DNA from: Eledone cirrhosa
Lineage: Eukaryota
DNA: 64,000 nt
Reading direction: 5' to 3'
NCBI GenBank assembly: GCA_964016885.1
Contig: OZ024749.1
Span: 46,376,001-46,440,000, forward strand
Position 1 is the first letter of the stretch; every line of letters starts with the position of its first letter. Shown piece by piece: positions 41,150-56,037 of this stretch. The translations under genes were made by a program, and so were the position numbers. The notes under the pieces are model-generated. The model was not told where the DNA came from and ran no database searches. It saw nothing but the letters and a program-made list of their open reading frames with translations.

Positions 41150-41629
41150 ATTTATGAATGTATGTATATATATATGTATGTATATATATGTCTAAGGGTG
41201 GGTGGGTCTATAAATGTATATTGTTCAAATGTATTTATGAATGTATGTATATATATATGTATGTATATGTCTAAGGGTGGGTGGGTCTATAAATGTATAT
41301 TGTTCAAATGTATTTATGAATGTATGTATATATATATGTATATATATGTCTAAGGGTGGGTGGGTCTATAAATGTATATTGTTCAAATGTATTTATGAAT
41401 GTATGTATATATATATGTATGTATATGTCTAAGGGTGGGTGGGTCTATACATGTATATTGTTCAAATGTATTTATGAATGTATGTATATATATATGTATG
41501 TATATGTCTAAGGGTGGGTGGGTCTATAAATGTATATTGTTCAAATGTATTTATGAATGTATGTATATATATATATGTATGTATATGTCTAAGGGTGGGT
41601 GGGTCTATAAATGTATATTGTTCAAATGT
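41150..41629. repeat. Minisatellite, about 79-bp unit x6
   Basis: gtctaagggtgggtgggtctataaatgtatattgttcaaatgt recurs six times. Confidence 0.95.
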
Positions 41630-42492
41630 CAATAGCTAGGCAAGAAAAGCTAGATATATAATTGCTTGCATGCAGAAATGTAGTTACTATGTAAAAAAGA
41701 GGAAAAAACTATCCTTCGAGATTGTCCAAGCTATCAATTGTTTTCCATTTGTATTCTTCTCATAAAAGTGTTGCAGTTGAGGCATGAGGAGTTACGATTT
41801 AACGCGTTTTAAAATGTAGACTGTTTTTTGGCTTAACTACGAAAGTGAAAGATTACACTTGAAATTGTTTTTTGTCTCCGTTAAAAAAATAGTTTAGCTG
41901 GAAATGTCAGAACTCCCATCTGTACACGATATACGAGCTTATCCAAAAATTGTTGGTATTCACTGTAATATTATATATCTAAATGTTTCCAAATTCCTCC
42001 TTTTGCTTTTGTTCTCCTCTTGATTAAAACCATGCTGAAACCAACTCCAATCTTTCGTTGTCTTCGAGGTAGATGAAATAATATATATACCAGTCATATA
42101 CCAGTCATATACAATAGAGGGTTTCACGGATTATAACGACCCTCACAAACTGTGTCCTTATGACAAGTTGATTATATTCGAGTGGTCTAGTAACACTGCA
42201 CACCGCAAAAAAGTGTACTGTAGGTCTAGCGCCTGTGTTAGAAACATAAGTATTAGTAAAACTTTTGCAGACGATAGCTAAAACGGTATGTCTACTCTCC
42301 ACGTTTATTTTTTTTTATACTTAAGAGAATATACTAGAAAAAAACAAACAAACAAACTAACAAACAAGTACAAACATTAAAAATCACTGACGCATTAACA
42401 AAAGCACACATAGATATTCACTAACACACACGAACATGTACACGCGTATATAAACGCATAGCAACATAGTCACATACAGGAACGCACGTAAC

Positions 42493-42604
<112 letters not shown>

Positions 42605-42722
42605 GTATATATATACTTAAATTTATATATATATATATATATATATACGTATATATATACTTAAATTTATATATATATATATATTGAATATATATATATA
42701 TACGTATATATATATATATTGA

Positions 42723-42778
<56 letters not shown>

Positions 42779-43169
42779 TATATAGTATGTACAGATATAG
42801 ATATATATATATATGTACGTATATATATATATATAAATGATAAGTACGTATATATAAATATATATATATATATGTAATAAGTACGTATATATAAATATAT
42901 ATATATATATAATAAGTACGTATATATATATATGTGCACATACATACAGACGTACAGAAGAGCTATTTATTTGCAATTATTTATTTAGTTGGTTGTTTAT
43001 TTTTATGGATTCATTCGTTTATTTGTCTGCAAGTGGGTTAGTTCAATCGAAATGATAGCTTCAGAATACCATTATAATGTTTTTTACTTCAGGTTTTAGA
43101 AAAAATAAAATCTTACTTTTCTTTGTTGCATTATCTTTGTTAATTTTCTCTTCTATTTAGACTTAGTTG

Positions 43170-44249
43170 TCTGAATCTCTCTCTCTGTCTGTCTCTCTCC
43201 CACTCTCTCTCACTCTCTCTCTCTCTGTCTCTCTCTCTCTCTCTTCTAGTCTCTTTCATTGTCCGTCTCACGTTTACAGTATATTTCTTTCCGCCATTTT
43301 TGTTATACTTCTCATTTTCATTCTCTTTCTTTTTTCTCTTTTTATTTTACTTTCTGTATCCCTCCCTCACTTATTTTTTTCTCCTACTTTTTATCTTTCT
43401 GTCTCACTCTCTCTCCCTTTCTGTCGTTTTGTATGTCTTTATGTCTATTTTTTTTACTCCAATTCTCTGTCTTTCTCCTTGGTTGTCTCGTATGGTCGCC
43501 GTCTCACACTCTCTTTTTTACTTATATTATTCTCCCCTTTTTTTTCCACTCTCCTCATTTCTTCTTTGACACTGTTAGTCTTATTCTGTTTCACTATCGT
43601 TACCTCTTCCTCTCTTGTTCTCTCTATCTCCCCACTATCTCTCTATCTCCCCACTATCTCTCTATCTCTCTATCTCTCGCACTCCACTCTCGCTCTCTCT
43701 CTTCCTTCTCTCCTCCCTTTCTTTTCTCCTCCTTTTCTTCTCTCCTCCCTCTCTCTCTGTTCTCTCTCTCTCTCTCTCTTCTATCGCTCCTCCATCTCTT
43801 CCTTCTCTCTCTTCTCTCTCTCTCTCTCTATTCTCTTCCATCTCTCCCCCATCACTTCCTTCTCTCTCTCTTCTCTCTCTCCTCCCTCTCTTCCTTCTCT
43901 CTCTTACAGTCAATTTATTCATCGTCCTCCACATTTTTCTTTACCCCAATTTAAGTCCCCTTCACTCTCTCTTTCTCTCTTTCACCCCTCTCCCGCTCTC
44001 TCTCTCAAGTCCCCTTCACTCGATTTTCCTTTTCTGTTTCATTCCCTGTCTCTGTTACTTTCTACTATCTCTGTCAACCTTTAAATAAGTTATTTTCTAT
44101 TATCTCTTTATGTCTCCTTTTCTCTCTCCCACACATCACCTCTTTCTCTCACATTTTCCATAATCTCTCTATTTCATCACTCTCTTTCTTGCTTCATTTT
44201 CTCTCTTTCTCTCTCACTCCTTTCATCTCTCTTTATTTCACTCTCTATT

Positions 44250-44285
<36 letters not shown>

Positions 44286-44504
44286 ATCTCTTTTTTGTCT
44301 TTCCATCTCCTCTCTCTTTTTGTCTCTCATTCTCTCTCTTTTTTTCTCTCTTTCTCTCTCCCTTACTTTGTCTCTCTATCTCTCTCTCTTCTGTCTCTCT
44401 TTTTTTTTCTCTCTCTCTTCATTTTTCTTTCACATTCTCTCTTCAATCACGCTCTCTTTTTTAACTCTCTCTCGCGTTCTCTCTCTTACTTAGTTTCACT
44501 CCCT

Positions 44505-44558
<54 letters not shown>

Positions 44559-44650
44559 TCTCTTTCTCTGTCTTACTTTTTCTCACTCATTCTTTCATGT
44601 TTTTTTCTCTCTTTCAGCATCCATTATCTTTTATTTCAACTTTGGTATTA
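43170..44650. repeat. About 1.5-kb CT-rich low-complexity tract
   Basis: Degenerate (CT)n/polypyrimidine; explains the 305-aa S/L/F-rich ORF. Confidence 0.9.
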
Positions 44651-44769
44651 ACTTCTCATTAATTTGTATCTACTTTTTACCCACTTTTAGCCAGAAGCTT
44701 CAATTGGTTCTGATAAATAAAGTACAAAAAAATTCATGAATAAATACTTTAATAAACAAACAGAATAAT

Positions 44770-44831
<62 letters not shown>

Positions 44832-44853
44832 CATATATTTACATATGTATATA

Positions 44854-44914
<61 letters not shown>

Positions 44915-44927
44915 TTACATATGTATA

Positions 44928-44958
<31 letters not shown>

Positions 44959-45002
44959 TTACATATGTATATATTTATATATATACATATATATATACTT
45001 AC

Positions 45003-45082
<80 letters not shown>

Positions 45083-46091
45083 ATGTAAATATATATATAT
45101 ATATGTATATATATAAAATAAAGCAATAAATATATTGAACATTTAAATACAATATTAAAAAAATGAATATAAAATAAAGAAATAAACCGTAGGAAGAGAC
45201 GTTCACCTTTTTCGTTCATTTGTTTAAATGAAACCAATGTGTATACCCTGATACACACACGCATACACACGCAAACACACATACACACACGTACACACAC
45301 ACACACACTTCACACTCACTGACATACATACTCACACACACACATACACACACTCACGCATACAGAAACAGGCACATAGACACAGTAACAACATAGAAAC
45401 ACACACATACAGTAACATCACACACCCACACCCACATACACACACACATACACACACACCCTAACAACACATATACGTATACATATGAAAGGTATACCCA
45501 GTCAGACATACAAACATACTCACATAATGTCGCAATCGAACCACTTATAATACATACACACATGTATAGGTATACTCAGAAATGATCACATACACATATA
45601 GATTTGTATAAATACACACACACACACACACGCGCACCACCCCACACACAATCTTATAATGAATACCACTTCAGAAACACGAATACATTATATATAAAAA
45701 AAAACGTAACCATAGATAAGCACGCATGCTTACACATACATACGCAAACACAAGCATATACCATATCACACATATAGACACAGATATATACTAAAAAATG
45801 TAATTAAATACACATAATTACTCATAGAAACACACAGAAAATTATACACTTGCGCACGCACCACAACCGTTAGTAGGAATAACTAACTCAATACATTCTC
45901 TTTCTCACAGACACACATTTCTTTACGTAACCTCTTATTAAAAACTCAGTGAATTATACATCAAGTTATACATGCTCGTACATATATACAAGATGGGCAG
46001 AAGATTGAAACCACACAGAAATAAACCGACATATTATATATACACATATGTATGTGCGTGTGTGTGGGCATGCGTGTGCTTACACACACAC

Positions 46092-46156
<65 letters not shown>

Positions 46157-46160
<4 letters not shown>

Positions 46161-46348
46161 AACGAGTAAGACCCCGACGTCTGAGCTCAAGCCGTTTCGA
46201 CGGCTAGTTCTGGACAGAACTAGCCGTCGAGACGGCTTGAGCTCAGCCGTCGAGGTCCTACTCGTTCCTATTACCCACTCTACTATCCTAAGTATTGAGT
46301 ATTTTGGTGCATTATGGTCCACCTGGTTCCTTACCACATTTCCTTCGT

Positions 46349-46350
<2 letters not shown>
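46157..46350 (+). mobile_element. Family A hairpin+tail element
   Basis: Near-perfect arms of about 56 bp plus a tail ending ccacatttccttcgtta; (TA)n on both sides. Confidence 0.85.
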
Positions 46351-46400
<50 letters not shown>

Positions 46401-46636
46401 GAAAGCTATAGAAAATATATATATATATACAATGATATTAAATAAATGGAAACTATTTTTATAAAACCATATTTATTCTATTATATATATTTCATGAGTA
46501 TCAAAAAGTTCTGTACGCTATCATCACACAAAATACAAAATGTTTTATAAATATTTGACATGACCAAATATAATATACCTTAACGGTTCAAGTTATCCAT
46601 GGAAAGTATATATCTCTTCTATATATATATATATAT

Positions 46637-46879
46637 ATATTGTTATACTTTGGGAGGGTTATGTTGCCACACACAATACACAAAAATAAAAACTTAGTCA
46701 CAGTATGTGACAAAAAGGTTTTGACAATATATAAACAACCTTCCGTTTATCGAAATAACAAATCAACCAGCCAACAGGTGCATGTGTTTTTATTGGCAAC
46801 ATGATTCTCCCAAAGTATAACAATATGTTTCAACACACGTTTTCAGATAAGAAGTGTCGCAAAACCAATAAATAAAAAG

Positions 46880-46885
<6 letters not shown>
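46637..46885 (+). mobile_element. Second, internally deleted family C element
   Basis: Shares atattgttat.ctttgggaggg.tatgttgcca arms and the caacacacgttttcagataa tail with 54530-55057; flanked by (TA)n. Confidence 0.7.
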
Positions 46886-46946
<61 letters not shown>

Positions 46947-47429
46947 GTAACGTACACATACATACAGACTCTTGGACTTTAACTTGTGTTTGTCTTATGA
47001 CAAGAATGTAGACAACAAACTGTGATGCTTTTTCTTATGGCATACTGAAGACAAATGCTTTATAATAATTTTCTTATGTGATACTGGAAAGGAAAGTGTT
47101 GCCGCTTTTCTCAAGACATACTAAAAATAAATACGAAACGATTTTAAGCAACTCAAAAACAAATGCTGCGTTTGATTTGTGTTGAGGTAATGAATCAATG
47201 TAAGTGCCACTACTTCTTCATCCACCTCCATAACTGAAAGAAATTTTAACTTTTACTGACGTAGAGGTCAATAACTTCAGAGCTAAGATTAACTTTTATT
47301 ATAACACAAGTTTTGTTTTTCTTCCGGAAAAGAATCTGACATTAAAGTGAAAACAATTCTAAAATAAATGGTGTGTATAACGACAGATTAACGGTAGCTT
47401 GTTACAGCAATTAATATTCAAATTTAGAA

Positions 47430-47939
47430 TATCGTATTTCCCGGCGCCTAAGACGCTTTGTCCTGGAGGACGCACCCTAATTTTAACAACCAAACATTTG
47501 AAAAAAATAAAAATAAATAAAATAATTGTTTCTACTTTTGGCACAAGGCCAGCAATTATCCCAGTGTATTACTGGTACTTTATTTTATCGACCCCCGGAA
47601 GGATGAAAGGCAAAGTTAACCTCGACAGGATTTGAACTCAGACCATAAAGGGCCGTAACTCTTTGCTGCAAACATGACGTCCTACCCTCTACCGATACTG
47701 CCAACCTACCGCCCTAAATAAAATAATAATAATTGTTTCTACTTTACGCACAAGGCCAGCAATTACTCAGTGCATTACTTGTACTTTATTTTATCGCCCC
47801 GTAAGGATGAAAGGCAAAGTCAACCTCGGCGGGATTTGAACTCAGATCGTAAACAACCTTCGGCCTCCAGGATGCATGGTAGTTCTTTGACTCTTATTTT
47901 AGGAAAAATTTAGCGTCTTCGACAGCGGGAACTATGGTA
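47430..47939. mobile_element. pogo/Tigger-like MITE interrupted by SINEs; uninterrupted partial copy at 62410-62535
   Basis: tatcgtatttcccggcgcctaagacgc ... gcgtcttcgacagcgggaactatggta terminal inverted repeats. Confidence 0.75.
47522..47850 (-). mobile_element. Two major-family SINEs nested in a DNA-transposon MITE
   Basis: Full copy at 47522-47715 and a 5'-truncated copy at 47728-47850. Confidence 0.88.
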
Positions 47940-48498
47940 ACTTGAGAATACAGAACTAAGAGTTACTGAAATAAGCGAGAGTAGGATGAACAGTTTATAG
48001 CTAGAGCTATGAAATCTTGCATGGATCAATTTGACTATGTGTTAATTGATATTTTGGATAATTCCAATATACGGTAAAGGTTCGCTTTCGCAACACCAGA
48101 GATATCAGACCTCTAGCCAGAGTTTATGTGGAGATTTGGTGTCACTGAACTTCATCCTCATGTAGGCTATAGTGTACAAACGTAGGTTGTAAACAAGTTC
48201 AAAGCTGTCATAGAGTCACAGGTATTAATATGATGTAATATGTGATCAGCTTAAAATTTCATGACAAATGATTCTGCTCGCTAAGTATAAGCTAAACAAA
48301 TTTTAATCATTACAAATGATTTATTTACCTTTGATTCTTGGCTGTCTAAAAACTGCAAGCAATACTACAAGACATCCTTTTGAATATTTTTACATAGAAA
48401 ATAGAATTGACATAATTAAGAATCTAAACTAGCAAACATATATATGTTATAGGAATTATTTTGAAAATCCAAAATGGGGATGATGCTTGGATCTATAA

Positions 48499-48538
<40 letters not shown>

Positions 48539-50999
48539 GATAAATCTCGTTTTCCCTATGCTCAGATAATTCTATTATTGTATTGAACTGCTTGTCTACT
48601 CTCAAAAGATGGTGAAAGAATGAAAGAAATTTTATTTGTTAGTTTGGTGGAGGATGCTATATATATCGGTGAAGTATATTTGCCAGGAATTCCGCAGGGA
48701 TAACGACTCTTAGAATTAGTAATGTTCTATCGTCTTAACAAAGAAAGGTAATTAGCTAATAATATCTGAGGAAAAAGATACGATATGATCATCAAGGGAG
48801 CTTCTTTGATGATAGGTCTGTTCGTTCTTGGCTAGCCGGAACGATGAGAAAATAAACAGCAAAGGTAGCAACAAGACAACAACAAAAGCCACGATCGCAG
48901 CAATACAACGACTGTATAAAGAAATCAGGAGGACCACAATATCATAAACGTGATCAAATCAAATCGACGTATACCAACGTGTGAGACCAACGTGATCATC
49001 TTCAAATATAAAACTACAAAAAACGGTAGCTGTATCTCTTTTAAAACCTAGCAAAGCGACTAATTAAAATAAAACCACATTTTGTCTATATTAAATTACA
49101 ACAGCAATACTAACAGGAAACCAACGACAACATTTATCATAAAAGGAACAGCAATAACAACAACAATATTTTCAACAAACACAATAACAGTCATCACATC
49201 GATATGATGAGAAAGTACAACTGTATGATTATAACCGCACCCCACAAAATACATCAAAATTAACTCTTTCTTTACTTTCGATAGAAGTAAATAAAACTGT
49301 ACTTTTCTTCTACACCTCTTCTACCTTCCTCTTCCATCATCATCATCGTCATCGTTAACTTATCATCATCACCATAATCATTTTATCATAATCAACAACA
49401 GAAATAGCAAGAGAAAGAAGAATAACATTGCCTTTTACATCAACGTAAAAGGCAATGTCTAGTTGAACCACATGCTAGAAATTGTATCCACATTTCCCTT
49501 AAACCGTATGCTATTCTCATTGAAAAACGATGGGCACTCTGATTAACAGAGTTGTAGTCACCTTTTTTCGGAAAAATAAAAATAAAAATGATTGGATGGT
49601 TATGGCTGCGAAACCTATACGTATAAGTTTGCTCTATTATGGTTGGATTGTGGCTGATTAAGAAGATTAAGAAACCAAGCAACATTATTAGTATTATAAA
49701 ACATATTACCAATAGTAACAGAACAATGCCTCAATATCATTACTTCGTTGAAAAAGATCACCGGTAGTATCAATTGATAGATAAAGCAATACGAGCCGCA
49801 GGCATCTGCTGGAAATTTAACAGGAATTCAATAACAATATCAGCAGTATCAAAACCATTGACAATAATATGAACGTTGGCAGTGACACCAACAACAAAAC
49901 GAAGATCAATGCTATCAACAAATAAAAAAAAGAAGAAAAAAAAAAGAAAAAAAAAGAAAAAAAAAAGAAAAAAAAGAGAAAAGAAATCCTCGTTTTACTT
50001 TCACTTTTGGACAAGCTGCCATGAAAGAAAAATTTCTTTGATGAAAGACGTTAAGAGAAACGGCCAATTAAGCAATATAAAATGGTGCTATTGCTGACAA
50101 TCCTGTGCTAATTACAGCTTACATTGCCTGATTCAAGATGGTAAACGTTTCTTCAGAAGAATCGCTAATTCCGATATTGATTCCATTTAATGTACAATCA
50201 AATTCTCATCTTATCTGAGACACACCAATAACTCTACGTTGCAATTCCTGTCGTGACCAAACAAATACTGAATGTTATATAGAAATGAAAAGAAAAGAAA
50301 AATGATTGAAAACATCTACTACCCGGAAGGTGTTGTTTAAGACCTGCCAGTGCTTAGCCAAGATTCGGTTTATCGAAATTGACAGTTCAAGAGAAATGAA
50401 TCTACTTTCAGTTTCCAGATTAGTCGTCGATCTATCCTTTTATTTTTATTATTTGTTCATGATAAAAAGCTATTCGTAACAGCTAAATATATTAGACCAC
50501 CTACAATAAGATTTATGTCCCAAATATTCCACGAAAATCTACACTAGATTTTAACCCTAGCAGTCTTATGTCATGCATACTCACCTATTTGTATTTTACA
50601 GAAAAAACAACAACATTGCAATATGTAGTAATTATATAAGACCAGACAGAATGAACAAGAACAGAAAACGACAGCAAACACTTAAAAGTAATGGGAAATA
50701 TTCGGTGATAGTATTAACAGTTTTAATACTTTAATTCTTAATATTTTCTAATGATTATCTATGAACGATCTCGGAGTGGTATTGCAACCGGCGGAATTCT
50801 GATGACAGAAACATTTAAGCCATCCAAATAGGAATTGGGAGTTCAAAATTATTTATTCAGAGGCACTAGCATAATTGAATTAAACACAAGAACGAAAACG
50901 AATCAGAAATATTCCACAGAAGAGAGAATAAAAGTCAGACACATTTAAAGATGAGGAATACATTTTTTCAGGAAAGATATTTAGCCAAAATATAAATAA

Positions 51000-51043
<44 letters not shown>

Positions 51044-51047
51044 GTAT

Positions 51048-51112
<65 letters not shown>

Positions 51113-51115
<3 letters not shown>

Positions 51116-51309
51116 CGAAGGAAATGTGGTAAGGAACCAGGTGGACCATAACGCACCAAAGTACTCAATACTTGAGGTAGTAGAGTGGGTAATAGGAACC
51201 AGTAAGACCCCGACAGCTGAGCTCAAGCCGTTTCGACGGCTAATTCTGGACTCAGTCCAGAATTAGCCGTCGAAACGGCTTGAGCTCAGCTGTCGGGGTC
51301 TTACTGGTT

Positions 51310-51313
<4 letters not shown>
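51113..51313 (-). mobile_element. Family A hairpin+tail element (young, perfect arms)
   Basis: Perfect arms of about 60 bp centred on tggact-c-agtcca; (TA)n on both sides. Confidence 0.85.
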
Positions 51314-51396
<83 letters not shown>

Positions 51397-51439
51397 ATAT
51401 TATATATATATATGATATATATAATATAATATTATATAT

Positions 51440-51510
<71 letters not shown>

Positions 51511-53249
51511 CTATGTGTATGTGTGTGTGTTTGTGTGTGTGTGTTTTCAAATTTGAGGCCTATTGGCAACAATTAGATTGCGAATTACTTCCCATACTAT
51601 GGGATATACATACAGATAAAATATAATTTATGACATACCATCCTTCTATTACAACTTGATACCTACTTTATACCTCACCCCTAACTCTGAGTAGAAATTT
51701 CTTATTATTAATGTTCACCATCTCACTGTAGGGAACGTAGACATGTTCTTGTGTTTCTCATGTTATTATTCTTGGCTCTGGTTGAGATTATATTCTGAAT
51801 CTGAAAAGTACGTGGCCATTACATGTCCACTCGTCAGTAACCGCGAAGACCATATAAAACAAATCAACACGTTGGAACAGTAAAGGCATCATTTACTAAT
51901 TATTCTTTCCTCACTGGATTCTTGAAGCAATTATTTTAGTTGATCGCTTCCTCTATGTTGTGTATTGCATAGTTTTCATTATCCTGTTAAAACGTTTGCT
52001 TCCTGAGATAGGCATATATGCCAGCCATAAAGCGTATACATAATTGCTCGATCTACTGAAAGGAGTAGAACATTTCCCCATCAAATCATATTTATGCGTA
52101 TGACACCTTAGATAATGTACACCTAGATACCGTCATATATAGAACCGATTGCCGTTCTTTCGAGATTAATTCTTTCGAGTTTAAGTTTAGGTCAATCAAC
52201 AACAACAACAACAACAGCATGACAACCCCCCCCCCAAAAAAAAACAACAATAAAATCCGCAGCAACAATAAATAACAGCAATTGCACTACCAATATCAAC
52301 AACGCAGATAGTATTGTTCCAAGATGGCTGCCAATAAGAATGTTACACATATTTACAAGTATGTCATATATTACAGCACCACCCATTATCCCGCGCTGAA
52401 CATTGTTTTGCGAGTGATTATCTAAAGCTAATCAAGTAATGTTAAATACCAACGTTGATAACTGAACTCCTATGGTTACAGTATTGGGAGGAAGATTGTG
52501 AAACATAGGGAAGTTTAGTACAGATTAATGTCAATTTCCACACGTGTTTCCTGCTTAACATCCGCTAACTTCAGTATGGTGGAAGCTGTATGTATGTAAG
52601 TTTCTCTTTATACATGTTGATATAACATGCACAACTATAAATAAATTCATACGGCCTTCATATATATATGTATATATATATATGTATATATATATGTATA
52701 TATATATATATATATACATATATATGGATGTGTAAGTATGTGTATGTGTGTACACATGGACTAGAGTATGTATGTATATATGTGTGTGTCTATACGTGTG
52801 TATATAAAGATAAGTTGAGTATGAAAACGTATACACATGAGCGCGTATGTATGTACATGAATACATGCATGTGTATATATATGTAAGTATGAATATGTGA
52901 ATTGTGAGTATATGTATTTTGTAGAGGTGTGCAAATATATTTGTGTGTGAATGCGTGGGTGAAAGGATACGTACACTTGAAAGAAAAATTTAAGTCTGAA
53001 TGTTAATTAAGTGCAAACACAAAACCAACCACGCATATCTTTACTATCTCTAATCCTTCTATAGATTTAGAAAAATAACCAATAATATATTCTATAAAAA
53101 ATGTCAAAACAACAGATGGGAATCTAATTACTCACTGCCACCAATAATTCTCACTGCTATCGAAAAACCACTCCTTCAACTATTCTTCTAACAACTTCAC
53201 CCCTCCCTCCTAATATTCTCTATAAAAACTAAACAGGTCCTCAGTAATA

Positions 53250-53366
53250 TTATTCTGATGAAATGACAGTAAATAATAACATTGAAATATTGAATGTCTG
53301 CATAACTAAAAGTTTGTAGATAGCTGTTTTAGGTTATGTAACTGTTATAGAAACACGTGTCAATAA
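53250..53366 (+). ncRNA. Type I hammerhead motif with about 88-nt stem II domain (family D-related)
   Basis: ttatt-CTGATGA-a atgacagt...actgttat a-GAAAC ACGT GTC-aataa. The downstream tail shares ttttctccggat with the 16271 element and ends in (TA)n at about 53517. Confidence 0.75.
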
Positions 53367-53513
53367 ATTCCTTTCAACTAAACTGTATCCATTCAAATCT
53401 TTCTATTTTTCTCCGGATTACTTTTGGAACTACAACTGGAACCGTCGAGCAAACTCTACGTGAGCTGATAATCTACTGTGTGTAATATTTATATTACAAC
53501 ACAACGGAAAATA

Positions 53514-53615
<102 letters not shown>

Positions 53616-54490
53616 ATATGCACATACACATGCACATGCACACACTCACACACACAAATCCACTACACAACCTCCCGAACATCTCCCATATGTAGTCATA
53701 TACATGTGCAAGTACAAATGATCAAAAATATCAAAGAACATATAATATGAAATCTTGTATTAACAGTTAAATGTATTCGAGTATTATCAAGGCTTTCTTT
53801 GACTTTTTGACTGTTTCTCTGTAAAGAATACAGGAATGAGGAATATGTGGTCTTATATAAGTTTATGAATGATTCAAATAATCTGGTGGTGTTGATTGCT
53901 CAGTTATAGCTGTTTCCCACATTGAAACTGCTACCAGCAAATTATGGAATGAAGTGTAAAAGTATTTGCTTGAATTCTCTATCCAATTCCATGCCTCCAC
54001 AAATATAATTTGAAACCTCCTGCCTCTAATTAGATGACAGTTCCTTAGAAACACAGATACCATAAAGTCTTCAACCGTAATAACGTTAAACTAAGTTACT
54101 CTACCGTAGATTATATCACTTCCACAATAACAACGTTTTCATCAAAACCACCTGTGATATGTATATGTAAATGTAGTAGTAAAAATGTTCTTTCACTCAA
54201 ATATAATTGTAGAAGAAAGACAAAGGTTTGCAAAGCCGAGGTTCATTACATTAAACTAGATTGGAACGACTTTGACAAACAGTGACATACTTATTATTCA
54301 AGCGGGATTGATATTCAAACCACACTACATCCAACAGTTTCAAAGATATAGGGTCAGCAACGATCATTTCTAACTATATTTGGCGACTAAGAGAAAACAT
54401 TGGTTATAGCAAAGTGAAATGCCCGAAAACTAGGCGAGCAGTTTATCACTGACACAGATTATCTTTAGTTGAGCGTAGTGGAAATGTGAC

Positions 54491-54529
<39 letters not shown>

Positions 54530-54532
<3 letters not shown>

Positions 54533-55057
54533 CGTTTCTGAATTTGTTTAGCAAGATTCTTTATCTGAAAACGTGTGTTGATACCGATATTGTTATGCTT
54601 TGGGAGGGTCATGTTGCCAATAAGAAACACAAGCACCAGTTGCTTTCACTCCAATTTATTATAAATTAAATTTATAAATTTAAGAATTTATAAATTTCCG
54701 GTTGGTTGGTTCGTTCCACAACCGGACGGTTGTTCATATATTGTCAAAGTTCTATCGTCACACATTATGTGACCTCTTCAGTGACTGGGAATTCTTTTCT
54801 TTATTCTGTCCTACGCCACAAAAACAAGATGGCGTAGGACAGAACAAAGAAAAGAATCTCCTGTCACTGAAGAGGTCACAAACTGTGCGACGAAAGAACT
54901 TTGACAATATATGAACAACCGTCCGGTTGTGGAACCAACCAATCGGAAATTTATAAATTCTTAAATTTATGAATTTAATTTATAATAAATTGGAGTGAAA
55001 GCACATGGTGCGTGTGTTTCTTATTGGCAACATGACCCTACCAAAGCATAACAATAT
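54530..55057. mobile_element. Family C palindromic Penelope-like element with hammerhead motifs (54862-54906 on +, decayed mirror on -)
   Basis: Inverted arms of about 230 bp (54587-54818 / 54830-55057) plus a 57-bp unpaired tail, between (TA)n tracts. Reads tgtca-CTGAAGA-g gtcaca..gac-GAAA g aa c TT-tgaca. Confidence 0.75.
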
Positions 55058-55670
55058 ATATATATACATATGCCCACTCGCACATTTGTATAGTCTACTA
55101 CAGTGATTTGGAATCTTCACAATCTCAGTATCACAATCATTCACCCCCCCCCCGCACACACACATATATATATGTATATATATATGTATATATATGTATA
55201 TAAATATATATATATATCCATATATATGTATATATATATATATATATATACGAACTGGCAGGAGACCAAGGGGTAGATCCCGAGCAAGTGGGTTGGATAA
55301 CATCCATGAGCTTGGCAGGTATTGCTTGTCGGCTGCTGTCTTTTTAACAAACCACACTTCACTGATTGACCTCGATGTCACGTGACTGATTCTTTTGAAT
55401 TTGCCACCGACGCAGAAGGCAGTGATTTTTTCAATGGCTTGGAATTTAGTCCACGCTTTGCTTTTTTCCATCCACTGAATTATTTTTGTATAAGTTCCCT
55501 GTGTCCACGTATTGCCTGGAAACTTAGCTGAGAATAGACTTCCCTGATGACGAAAGGCTTCTCCGTACGTTTCTTCGGAAACTATGTTTATTCCCTTTCA
55601 GAAACTAATTAGTTGGAGTGAAATTTTAGTAAGTAAGTTAATTTTATAATTTTCTTATTTTACGTCTCTC

Positions 55671-55786
<116 letters not shown>

Positions 55787-55837
55787 ATGTATTTGTATAT
55801 ATAAGTATTTGTATATATATATATATATATATATATA

Positions 55838-56037
55838 CGTTATTCCGGGTTGAATCGGAGGTAACCACAGTAAGTAAGGTACTCAATACATAGCAGAGTA
55901 TAAAAGTTTTAATATAGATGAGATTCTACAGGACTAGAACTGTTTCATTCTTTAGAAATCATCAGGAATCTCAGAGATTCCTGATGATTTCTAAAGAATG
56001 AAACAGTTCTAGTCCTGTAGAATCTCATCTATATTAA

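Noticed and set aside
39655-41629. Regularly spaced repeats superficially like CRISPR arrays
   Set aside because: Units are tandem without unique spacers, the context is eukaryotic and no cas genes are present.
43167-44084. 305-aa ORF and overlapping S/L/F-rich ORFs
   Set aside because: Arise from a degenerate (CT)n tract lacking stop codons; no domain or splice structure.
54980-55471. 163-aa ORF next to family C as a possible autonomous Penelope protein
   Set aside because: Runs through microsatellite and the palindrome arm; no RT or GIY-YIG motif visible.
55540-55600. CTGATGA-cgaa..ttcg-GAAAC hammerhead-like core
   Set aside because: No stem I pairing adjacent to the core and cleavage triplet.
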